Under the pieces are notes generated by a model, which did not search any database, was not told where the DNA came from, and saw only the letters and a list, made by a program, of their open reading frames with translations. A stretch of 55,145 nucleotides of DNA, filler included, from Sphacelaria rigidula (Eukaryota), in the NCBI GenBank assembly GCA_964200075.2. It is 6 parts of 6 records of this genome, joined end to end, with 100 filler letters (N's around TTAATTAATTAA, not from the genome) between each part and the next. Parts side by side here need not be neighbours in the genome. Positions count along the whole stretch, not along the records: positions 1 to 9,109 come from CAXNAA020009281.1; positions 9,210 to 18,317 come from CAXNAA020009282.1; 4 more parts are not named here. One strand, 5' to 3'. This document shows positions 1 through 11,147 of the stretch, piece after piece. Each line of letters opens with the position of its first letter. Within the stretch, counting starts at the first letter, position 1. The position numbers and the translations under genes were made by a program.

Positions 1-26
1 GCACCACACCCCCCCCCCCCCCCCTG

Positions 27-112
27 GGTGCTCCGTCTCGAAAGGGATGCGTGGTCAATGGTCAAACGACTAAGGCAAGCAACAAATGAGTACGCCCCCC
101 CCCCTCCCCTGC
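27..112 (+). mobile_element. Short 3'-terminal fragment of a C-tailed LINE-like element
   Basis: GTGCTCCGTCTCGAAAGGGATGCGTGGTCAATGGTCAAACGACTAAGGCAAGCAACAAATGAGTACG followed by a C run; same sequence recurs at ~19990-20156 and ~46282-46620; flanked by poly-C on both sides. Confidence 0.65.
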
Positions 113-1244
113 CCAACCTCTCCTTTTCATCTTCCGAACATGTTGTATCCGTACACAATGGCGGAAAGTCGCCGTAAAAGCAGGAGGAAGGACTCTCTCC
201 AAATCAGTAGAGTTAACCGGCGTTGGGCTACAAATGTTCATGGTTGACACATTACTTGATTTGAGTGTGTACAACGAGAATCGGATCTTGAGTAGGGCTG
301 ACAGTCCCGTGTGCTCTTCGGCGTGCGTATGGCACGTTTTCGGTGAAATCGGCGCCAAGGCCGCACTTTGCCTGGGGGATGCTATGAACCGCCCTTGCCC
401 GAGGGTTCTCGGTATGTGTTGGGTTGGGGTTAGGTTCAGGGGTAGCGATACTCATAGAATGTGTCAACCATGGACATATGTAGCCCAACGACTGTTAACT
501 AGCCTCCTGCAAATAGCCCAAGTAGCTGCATCAGCTACAGGATTGATCTAACGTAAAAATTGACAGCTCTTCAAGTAAAGTGTTTTTTTTTGCTGCAGCT
601 CCCAGGAAGGGTGCGGCACGGTCTCTAGCCAACTCCAAGACTCAGCTGCCCTAGCTCTTTCACCACATGAGTTCAATGACTCGCGGTAAATTCTACCAAT
701 CTTCCACAAACAGAGTGTATCCTTATTTTGAATCCAGAAACATGCTCCCAACACGTGAACCACCGTCAGCTTCAGAGGTTTGAATACGTCCGGCAGCCTA
801 ATCACCACAATTTGGGGAATCCCATCTCGCACGCGCCAAAAATGGGCTAGAGCGAAGGAATCGCTGCGGTGCGTGCGGTGATATTTTGTTCATCTGCCGA
901 TATGTTTCAGATTCGAATGCGCGCATAAACTTCAGCTTCGTTTGTTTTTTTTGGGCTTAAAATAACTTTTTTCTTTCAAAAGCCCCTAACCCTAACCCTA
1001 ACTTTCTGAAAAGCTTACAATGTACTTGAAACGCGCATAAAGTTGCGATAAATCTTATGCGCCTCCTGCAGCCATCGTATAAGTTGCCTGAAAGTGCCCC
1101 ATAGGGCGTGACTCGTCACCAGACAGGCTTCAATACTTCAAACTACCATGGTTGCGGGTTTTATCAGGAGAACATTCTGCTGTATATTTCATATACGTGA
1201 CATCATGTTGAATTGAAAAATGAAATCGAGATTCTGTACAGTAA

Positions 1245-1736
1245 TTGTACATGGGGCCATGGGTAGGCTTTAGCTTCGAATACGCATCAAGAAGGTTCGG
1301 GTTCGGCCCGCTAGTGGGACTCTGTCGCTCCCTCAAGATTTTCGCCGCAGCGAAGCTCATCGACTTCGTGTACAATAAGCAGCATGCAGGCTACCCCAGG
1401 GACGAGGTCCGCCAGCTTGTTATTTTCCCATTCGTGACCCCTGAGGTCATGGCGGGCCTTTCGTCTGAGAAGGATGATTTTTTGGTCGCGGCCTCCGGCG
1501 CGCACTCAGATTACGGTTTGGTGTCGTTTTGGGACGACAACAAAACAAGGCTTGCCAGTTGGTACCTTGTGGCGATCGATATCACACGTATCCAGCCGTC
1601 GTCCGCGTTTATGGAGCGAGTGTTCTCAATTGTGACGGGCTGTTTGGACTGCCGGCAGGAGAAGGCGTTAGGTGATTGGATCGAATCCACGGTTATGATC
1701 AAGTACAATTGGAGCCGGAAGTTTGATAAGATTTGA
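1245..1736 (+). pseudogene. hAT-superfamily transposase C-terminal (dimerisation-domain) remnant
   Basis: Translation contains FW...LASWYLVAIDITRIQPSSAFMERVFS...IESTVMIKYN, matching the hAT C-terminal W..PsSa..ERvFS pattern; no N-terminal part is visible. Confidence 0.8.
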
Positions 1737-1890
1737 AATGTCGACTGATGGCAAATGATGGGGAAAGCGGTAGCTTGTAACTTGCCGGGCGAGAGGCCAA
1801 AGGCGGCAATATCCTGTGTCCAGAGGCTGCAATGCCCCACTGGTGTATCCTTCATCGTGAGGGTTTGTAGTGGCATTTACTGTTTCGATA

Positions 1891-2979
1891 CAGGCTGGGC
1901 CGCCTAAGACGCGGACAGGGATGTGAACACGCGATTTAACAGCTGAGTTTCAGGTCATCTTCTATTAAATTTTGACACGATGTACAGGATGTATGTACAA
2001 AGACGCCACCTTCTCCCCCATATGTTTTTTTTTTTTGAAGTTATTCACGATTTTGTTCCGAAAAACTGTTTTGAAATGTTTGGTTGCCGATAGCTCACGG
2101 GGAAAAAATAAAACAATCTAGAAGGGAAAAGGTGACGTCTTGGTACGTACATCCTGTACATCGTGTCAAAATTCCATTGGAAACGACCTGAAACTCAGCT
2201 GTTAAATCGCGTGTTCGTGTCCAAGACTGGTTCCTATGTGGAGATTAACCAGTCACGAAAAAATGAAACGCGGTTATGCTGTTGAATTTCAACTGTTTTT
2301 TCACGAAATTTCGACACGATGCGCATGAGGTATGTTTTGAACTCCCTATTGTTCTTCCTTGACATTTTGTTTTCTTCTCATGAGTTGTCGACGCTTTTGC
2401 ACCAGAAAAAAACTGGTCCGAAATTTAGATCACCAATAACATACGAGGAAAAAAAAAAAGAGGGGCAAACGGTAGGGGCTTTACATATACCCCATGTATA
2501 CCGTGTCAAAATTTCATGAAAAACAACCTCAAAGTGAGCAGTGAAATCGCGTTTTTCTGCCGAGAACCGGTTCACTTGCTTTCAGAGTACAATAACCTCA
2601 GCCGGAATCTTGATGTTTTCTACGAGCGCGACGCCTTGGCGCGCGGGAGGTCTCGTCTGCGTGCCATCTCAGACACTGCGCACCTACAGTACGACATGCC
2701 TTGTACAACCACAACTAGTGCAGCACCATCACTTTGCGGCCGCGGCACAACTGACTGGAACCGTTTTCCCCGCGTGATTCCGCCGCACATGCCAGCCTCA
2801 ACTGTCTACACTTCGCAGCTGACTGCAGTTTGGTATTTCTCAGATTGCAGTGCTACGTGAAGTGAAAGACGTGCGCTGATCTGCAGATTACCACGATGTG
2901 TCATAGTAGGCACAATTTGCGATAGATCATCAGTTAGAATCGGCTGAAGGAAAGTCAGCTTCTTAGGCGGCCTAGCCCG
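1891..2979. mobile_element. Non-autonomous TA-flanked DNA transposon (Tc1/mariner-type ends) with an internal inverted repeat
   Basis: TA|CAGGCTGGGCCGCCTAAGA at 1889-1909 pairs with TCTTAGGCGGCCTAGCCCG|TA at 2961-2981; internal ~90-bp inverted repeat ~1925-2015 versus ~2125-2220. Confidence 0.65.
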
Positions 2980-3888
2980 TAGGTGGTTTCGGGTGGCCTT
3001 CAAACTCAAGGATCGAAAAAAAGTTATATTTTTCAATAAAAAAACAAACCTGAAAAGTTCGAATACCCAAGTTGTCGTCTTCTCCTCATGCTAAAAGGCT
3101 TGCCTCGTGAGGTGATACCACCACAACGCCACAACAAGGACGCGAAGGAGGCGCATAAAGTACGCATATTTGCGCTGAAAGAAACTTGAAATGAGGCTTG
3201 AGCCCTTAGACGACGAGAGTAGGCCATCTGCTGAACGGGCATCAGTTCCACTTGAAAAAGGTGTGCATGATGCAGATAACCGACCCTCGTGTTCTAAGGG
3301 TTCAAACAAGGAAAATAAGCTTGTACATTATATAGAAAAAAGAGAGAGAAAAAACGGGCATACCAAGCTGGAGTCGACGAGCTGGGCCAGCCTAAAAGCG
3401 GCTAAAAGTTGCCCACACCACAGCTTTCCCAGTTTCCCGAATGAACCCGATGTAAGCATACATCACTGTGAACTGCAGACGCACCTGATGACAAAGGACT
3501 GCGTCGCTGTTAGATTGGCGTCGTATTGCCGATGACATTATTGTACTGCATAGAGTAAGGGGTGCGCCTCATATCGTTGGGCGATGGCTTGTTGGAGAGC
3601 GTTTTTTTTTCTTTTTGTTATTTTTAAATGCCGTGGGTTCACGTCAGCAATCACCGCACTGGGTATTCGTGGGGTGCAGCAGCGTCACGCAAAACTTTGC
3701 ACGCACGGCCCAACTCAATGACTATTGAGCTGAAATGCCACGAAGAACTTCTGCACCCAAGGAGACGATACATTCCGTGAGCAGCTGCAGTTTCTCATTT
3801 TTTTGCTGGACTTATTTTGGCATTATCTTGTTCTTGCTGAAATTCCAAATCCACATAACTTTCTGTTTTTTCTTTTTTCGTTTGCTGC

Positions 3889-4350
3889 TCAGACCCACTT
3901 TTATGGCAACGAATCCCGATTTGTACAAATATGAGGATTTCAGCCTATCTATAGGCGATTTTCTCCCGTGGATTGATTTTTCGGACCCCAGTCCTTTGTG
4001 CAATGTTTTTCGGCTAGCTATGGGTAAACTAGATCAATTCTCCGATTTTCTGGGCGTTGACTTTCGATACATCACCGTTCTGCTGAAATCGGGACACTCC
4101 CGTCTCTTCCCCGCATCTCCCCCGATTTTGCAGAAAAATTGGGGGAGATGCGGAAGTGTCCTGATTTGGGCAGAAATGTGATAAACCAAAAGTCAGCGTT
4201 CATAGAATCGGAGAAATGATCTGGTTTGCTCACAGCTAGCCGAAAAACATTGTTCAACGGACAGGGGTCCGAAAAATCAATCCACGGGAGAAAATCGCCT
4301 ATCCTCAAATTGGTAAAAGTCGGGATTCGTTGCCATAAAAGTGGGTCTCA
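3889..4350. mobile_element. Foldback/MITE, almost entirely palindromic
   Basis: Left arm AGACCCACTTTTATGGCAACGAATCCCGA...GATTTTTCGGACCCC is reverse-complemented in the right arm (GGGGTCCGAAAAATCAATCC...CGTTGCCATAAAAGTGGGTCT); a second copy lies at ~22423-22770. Confidence 0.8.
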
Positions 4351-4499
4351 CGTGATGTTTTGCATGCCGGTCATAAAAAGCTGCTGTCAACATTTCAGCG
4401 TCCAACTCCTAATATCGCGCCGTGCGTCGCCTGAGCGAGGGAACCACCCATTGTTGGCTGGCCCAGCTCGTATCTGCCTACCCATTGATTTTAAAACAG

Positions 4500-5747
4500 G
4501 TAGCGTTCAGTATGAAAGCGGTGTTTGCGTAGGCGTTTACGAATTCTGACAATATGGGACGTACGTACAGAAGAACGGTACGGTGTCTGTCCTTGTTTCC
4601 CAGCTGCAGTGCCGCTGCCAGTAGACAAGTTGGCCATCGCAGCTAGGTTGCCGCACACACGAGTACAGATACCATCGGCAACAAGTAGCATTCATCTAGC
4701 AGCGGCCGACTGGTATAAGCAGCACAAGTAGGGAGAAGTAGGCACGAACTAGTGCGCTTCGCAGAGGATCGATCGACTTTCCCACCCGCCGCCCAGTCGC
4801 TCAAGAAAGGGTGGAACCAGGGTGCAGAAAGTGGATAGGTAACTGTGCGGAGTAGCTCTACCGTAACAGTAGGGGGAGAGGTGGATAGCTCCGCAGGGGA
4901 TAGTAATAACATAATCGTCAGCGTCGATTTTCGGGTTAGCCTGATTAATAGTATGTAGTGGTTGATGAGTTGATGGGGACAAAAAATGCACCGAGTGCAT
5001 ACCGCATTGAGTTCGATTTGTTTTTGGTTGCAGGCATTTTAATTTGCGGTAATTCTAGTGAGACACTGCCGTACGTAGAAACGGGACAACACATAATACC
5101 AGAATTCTTGAGCCGAAGCAAAATGTAGCGTTCAGTATGAAAGCGGTGTTTGCGTAGGCGTTTACGAATTCTGACAATGTGGGACGTACGTACAGAAAAA
5201 CGGTACGGTGTCTGTCCTTGTTTCCCAGCTGCAGTGCCGCTGCCAGTAGAAAAGTTGGCCATCGCAGCTAGGTTGCCGCACACACGAGTACAGATACCAT
5301 CACCAGCAACAAGTAGCATTCATCTAGCAGCGGCCGACTGGTATATGCAGCACAAGTAGGGAGAAGTAGGCACGAACTAGCGCGCTTCGCAGAGGATCGA
5401 TCGACTTTCCCACCCGCCGCCCCGTCGCTCAAGAGAGGGTGGAACCAGGGTGCAAAAAGTGGAAAGGTGACTGTGCGGAGTAGCTCTACTGTAACAGTAG
5501 GGGGAGAGGTGGATAGCTCCACAGGGGATAGTAAAAACATAATCGTCAGCGTCGATTTTCGGGTTAGCCTGATTAATAGTATGTGGTGGTTGATGAGTTG
5601 CTGGGGAGAAAAAATGCACTAAGTGCATATCGCATTGAGTTCGATTTGTTTTTGGTTGCAGGCAGTTTAATTTGCGGTAACTCTAGTGAGACTGCTGTAC
5701 GTAGAAACGGGACAACACATATACCAGAATTCTTGAGTCGAAGCAAA
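4500..5747. repeat. Head-to-tail tandem duplication of a ~625-bp unit
   Basis: 4500-5124 and 5125-5747 are colinear with scattered substitutions and small indels; the ORF track shows duplicated ORFs. Confidence 0.95.
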
Positions 5748-7289
5748 CGCTTGTTTTTTTCAAAGTATTCCGAAAAAAACGAGAGTGTTTTCTGTCACAG
5801 AAATCTATAGCCGAATCTGGAATGGCCTGAGACAACAACCAATTTGAAAATTGGAATGACATCGTGTGTGGTGCTTATAATCGCATGATGAGCATTATAT
5901 GTTTCAAAAGTTTGCGGGGGACAGTTGGGCTTTTGCGCCTATATTTACACCGTACCCCGCGCATCTGAATGCACAACTCGATTCGAGTGGCCACTGGATT
6001 GACTTTTATTGGCTGACGTACATTCCGCTCCAGATGGAATAAAATCCATGCGAGAAGATACGCCACGAGCGAAACAGCGCAACAACAACGCGACAGACAT
6101 ATCCAACGTTTCTCTTCTCCCCTGAGCACTCCGTTGGATAAGTGCACGCATGGGTTCACCGAGCCGACAAGAAGCGCAACAAGATGTCAAGACGTTTCAC
6201 GAAAATCGTCATGCTAGCGTACTGCATCTTTACTTTTCCCCGGCCAAAACGAGCGTTCACCCGGAATGCTGCGTGATGTTGGCTCAAATGCTGTGCTACG
6301 TCAGAGATGTGAGCCAGATGTGCAAGGGCGAACAGTTCTCGATGCTGCATGCAAGGGGGAAAAAATAAACGTTGAATCTTTTCTTCAAATCAAGATGCCT
6401 CTGCAAATGCAATTCATATGACACAGGAGATCAAGACTGGAATGCTTCGTCGTCGCCCCCATCACTCCCTCTCTCAGTGTTCCCACGTAAGTCCCTCCAA
6501 GACTCGCTGCGACACCCGGGCAAGCGAGGAAAGATGTGCTCGAGGTGCCCCCTGTTGTGAATGGACTTTGACTCGCACCACGGGCACTCGACCAATGCAT
6601 CTACTGCACTCATGCTCTCAACCAGAACTTCCACAAATTCCACCATCGTCGCCTGGCCCTGCACATTAAGCAACACCGACCATTGTCAACGATGCAGGAC
6701 AGGACAGGACGGGTTGGGGGATGGAGGAGGGGGGAGGGGATCACTAAACAGGGGAGGTACCTATGCTTCGCATTCTTCAACTTCGAGGATGGACATCACA
6801 TCTTCGTCTGCCAGGGAACGTGGGGATAGGGAAGGGTACAGTCAGACAAGAGCGTTGACAATTCTCGCATGGCAGCCAAAAAATCTTAGGCACAACACGA
6901 GGATCACTTGTTTTACGCGACCATCAATCAATCGTTCAGTCGATTAACCCATGAGTCCATCCCGTGTCCACTCAGACAACGCGATTCAGACAGAAGATCT
7001 GTGATAAACCACACCCTCTTTATATCCTGACTTGGTTGTACTACACGTACAGTCAGCTGTTGTGTTACGAGCTGTCCACAGCGGCCTTGAAATGATCGTA
7101 TTCTGCAGTTGACGTCATCCTCCCCAACATTAGTAGGTGAAGGGCTCCCCGTACTCTGGTTATGCATACAGCATTCATGGAAGAAAGCTTTGGCGCCAAT
7201 CCGTCAAACGGGGCATTGGAACGCCGATATTGAGGCTCAAGCTATGTTGAGAATTTTCGCCCTGACAAACAACTTGAAAGTGCAACGAC

Positions 7290-8635
7290 TAGGGCTGTGA
7301 ACTGGACCAGTTTGTACTGGCAGTTAAACTGGAACTGGAGTTTAACTGGAACTAGTGATGAGGATCCCAGTTTATCCAGTTTATTTGAAGTTTGCCGTTC
7401 CCGGCTATGTTTACACCATTTTCAGTATGGTGATTTTATAACAAAGATGTTTTCACGATTACAAACAAAATGACAGTTGGATTGGGGTCTGCACCTAACA
7501 ACAGTACAGTACTCGTGGTCAGTACACCTCGAAGTGATACTGCGGATATGTGCCACGTTTGTCGTTTCATAGCACATCTAGAATCAAAAATAGCAAACGG
7601 TAATCCGCGGCCACAAAAAACAAAGTACACCATGGCTTGCAATTCAACTACATGCGTGCTTGTGGGTCCGGACGGGAATCATTTTGCGCCCCTATCCCCG
7701 CGTACTGCCAGTCTTGGCTTCTTTGCATCCTCCTCTCCTCACGGAGAGTCTGCTGCTGCATATCACGGATGAATAGTTTTTTACTCGCTCACCGCTTTGA
7801 ATGGGATTTGAATGTCATCCGAGAGTGCCCCAAAAAAACAATCCGAGACCCTCTGCCCCTTTCTTCAATCCTGGAGTTTTTTTTTGGGGGGGGGAGGGGG
7901 TTACCAAATCCCATCAATGAATGAAGAAAAGTAAATAAAAAAAAATAATAAACTACAGAATATGTATTCAAGTAAAAAATCGTGTTGATGAAGCTTTAAT
8001 CCTTAGCATACCTTCGGAGCCAAGCAAGGCCAAGTTATACTTATGGGTTTCGGCAATACATTACGAATCATACTTCTACGACAAGAAAAAGACCAGAGAA
8101 ATACCACAATGCTCTGCAATGCTTGCTCAATCAAGCTAAACGCGTCTTTCTGGACCGTCAATTTGCGTCCAGTGTGCGTCGCATCTTGTGGTGGCAGATA
8201 GGGCCAACAATCACGGGCGCTACCTCACCCAAGTCGCCCCCCAAAATGGCTATTTATTGAGTGTTTCTCAATCTGAAGAAAAGCAAATCCTATGACCGCC
8301 AGAGGGGGGGGAGGGGGGGAAAGGTACATAGTAGGGTCTCGGATGTTTTGTTTGAGGCATTCCTGTGTCATCTAAGACTTTTAGCACGTCAATGTGAAGG
8401 GTCACATTTTCCACAATTTCCACCTTATTTAGGGAAAAACAAGCCAAATAACGCAATTTTTCTCGCATCCGGCGGCGCTCCCGCGGGGCCCCCTCACCAG
8501 CCGGGGGAGGGGCGTTGGCTGTTCGCGGCTTCGCCGCTCGCCGTCGCGTCGATTATCTGGAAAACAATCGATGTACTGGCCGCTGGCGCGGCCAGTTAAA
8601 ATTTAACTGGCCAGAGCAGCCAGTTCACAGCCCTG
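7290..8635 (-). mobile_element. Internally deleted hAT element with TIRs and 8-bp TSD
   Basis: TIRs TAGGGCTGTGAACTGG / CCAGTTCACAGCCCTG; flanks GCAACGAC (7282-7289) and GTAACGAC (8636-8643); AACTGG subterminal repeats; internal minus-strand peptide VYFVFCGRGLPFAIFDS resembles the hAT LPF motif. Confidence 0.8.
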
Positions 8636-9109
8636 GTAACGACTGTTTTGATGTGCATCTGAATTCCAATTTATGGCACACCCGACCAGTGGCATCCACC
8701 TCACCCATTGTACTGTACTGTAATGTACGACTATTCATGACATAGGACAGTACCTGCGATAGTTGCGAGTGTTTTGTGAATTCCGAGCGTGGACAGTACC
8801 ATCGTGTTTGAGAGCGTACAAGAGCAGCACAATCGAGGGATGCGGATAACGGGAAATCTACTTCGGAAAAAACAGAGTTTCGGGAAATGTTTTTCGCATC
8901 TTAGAGTCAGAGCTGATTGATGACTTCAACTGACCCCCCAGGGATCCAGCGGTGCTAACATGATAGACGAATTCAAGGCAAAAAAAAACTGAGACACTCG
9001 CTGTAGAAAAAAAAAAAAAACAGAAAAGGAGGACAGAACAACAAGGAAAACAGACAACAAAAACAGAAAAAAAGAAAAAAAGAAGAGGAGAAAAAAGAAG
9101 AGCGGAGAA

Positions 9110-9209
9110 NNNNNNNNNNNNNNNNNNNNNNNNNNNNNNNNNNNNNNNNNNNNTTAATTAATTAANNNNNNNNNNNNNNNNNNNNNNNNNNNNNNNNNNN
9201 NNNNNNNNN
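9110..9209. other. Artificial contig spacer (N44-TTAATTAATTAA-N44)
   Basis: Identical 100-bp linker with stops in all frames; repeated five times in the window. Confidence 0.98.
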
Positions 9210-9480
9210 AGCCCTGGTCCGGCAAAAACCCGGCGTGCTCCGTCCCGGCTTTGTAGGGATGCGAGGTCAATGGTCTGATGAGCATGGCATGCATGATCAT
9301 GAGTACACCCCCCTCCCCCTGCCCCTCCTGGTCCGGCGAAAACCCAGCGTGCTCCGTCCCGGCTTTCTAGGGGCGGGCCCCCTGTGGGGTTGGCGTCGGT
9401 TGGCGATGACGCTGTAAAATACGCCACTCACCGCGTAAACTAGGCAATGGAGATGAGCATACCACGTGGTGTTTATGCTG

Positions 9481-9793
9481 TGAGACACCCATGAGGCAGT
9501 GTGTAAGCCGTGGCTGTCTCCGGAAGTAGCGATGCCAGAAAATGAAGCAACTTATCGGACGTTGTCATCCAAATGCAAGATAATCAGTAGGCTTCGGGCC
9601 GAACAATCTTAGCCGGATGCAGCTCACCCTTCATGCGACTCGCCGAATATATCACGGCGCATCGCGCTTGGTGATTGATTGCGAGCCTGGTCCGGCGAAA
9701 ATCCGGGTGCTCCGTCCCGTTTTTGCAGAGATGCGAGGTCAATGGTCATATGACTACGGCATGAATGATCATGAGTACACCCCCCTCCCCCCT
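9481..9793 (+). mobile_element. Full-length copy of a ~310-bp C-tailed interspersed repeat (family A, SINE-like)
   Basis: Starts TGAGACACCCATGAGGCAGTGTGTAA and ends ATGATCATGAGTACACCCCCCTCCCC. Other copies: ~9211-9325(+), ~10975-11032(-), ~11148-11336(-), ~12875-13187(-), ~13333-13400(+), ~41540-41832(-), ~46067-46277(+), ~46621-46678(+), ~52516-52830(+). Confidence 0.85.
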
Positions 9794-10650
9794 GCTACAG
9801 GGGAAGGGCCAGATATGAGATAGGCAAACCAAATCAGTGCGGGAACCACGGTATCGTGAGGGTCCCCCCGCCTCTAATCCCTTATCTCATCCCCTGGCCC
9901 GCAGGAGTAGCCAAGTGAACCTGAGTGCAAGTAGGTTTTTGCAGTAGGGTCTAATATTTCATCCTACCCCAATCCGTTGCCGAAAAACCAGAGGTTGGAA
10001 TTTACTTGGGTTCAAGTGTTGAAAACGACACTTGGTGGATCGGATCTCTCGCCGAATGCTCTCCAGCAGACGTTTTTGCTTTGTTTTTTGCAGAAATTTG
10101 GGGGAAATATGCGCCCGCGGAGCCAGGTGTTGTCATTTTAAGCTTTGTCAACGCACATTTTGCCCAGGATACCCTTTGACGAAGAAAGAAAAGAAAAAGC
10201 GTCTCGTGAATTAGTTTTCGGCGGTGCCTTTTGTGTTAGGGCTCCGCGTGAGCGTATATGAGTGGAATTGCGTGTCAGGTTTTCTCGGAAAATGAAATAA
10301 ACGATAGGAAAATGAAGATATACACATATATATATATATATTATCCCTGTTTATATATTCCATGTTAATGCATGATCCCAGATTGCGAGAAAACAGTGAA
10401 ACAGCTACAGATGTTGAGAATCCATGAGGTTTATCTGGTAAATGGAATAAGACTAGTTTTCGTGCGGTACATGCAAGAAAGACTGCAGAGGAACAAAATC
10501 ACTACACGGAACATACAAACACCACCACCGACAACAACAAACATGCAACACACGAGCAACGAAAATAAAACACGAGTTGAGTAACCGGTTCAGAAATCTC
10601 CGCGCGTCGTCGACACCACCCTTGGATTTTTTTTGTTTTACTCTTCTTAG

Positions 10651-11110
10651 TTGGACGGAAGATCCGGTGCTTTGGTCTGGGGCGAGCAGTTTGGGTCTGC
10701 AGCAGACGATCACGCGGTAGGCTTGGTGTTGGGCCCGTCGAAGTCGGAACACTACCTAACAGAGGCGGCTCAGGGGGGTGGTGTTCCCGAAGCGGGCGAG
10801 TCGGAGTTGGGACAAGGCGGAGGGGCAGGGGAAGGAGGCAACAGTCCGTTGTACTTGACGGGTTGGACACGAGGAGCGTTGTATTCCGACGTTCCAGGTA
10901 AATTTCTTTGCTATTCTCGGTGGTTGTGCAGACAACGGCATGCTTGTGGTCGGGAGGGGAGGGGAAGGGGGGGGGGGGGATAGGAATGATCTTGCACCCT
11001 GTAGTCATGAGAACATTGACCACGCATCCCTANNNNNNNNNNGTTTTTTTTGATGGTTTCGAAGTAAATTTTTTGGGTTTCGTGGGGGGTGGGGAAGGCC
11101 GGGGGGGGGT

Positions 11111-11147
<37 letters not shown>

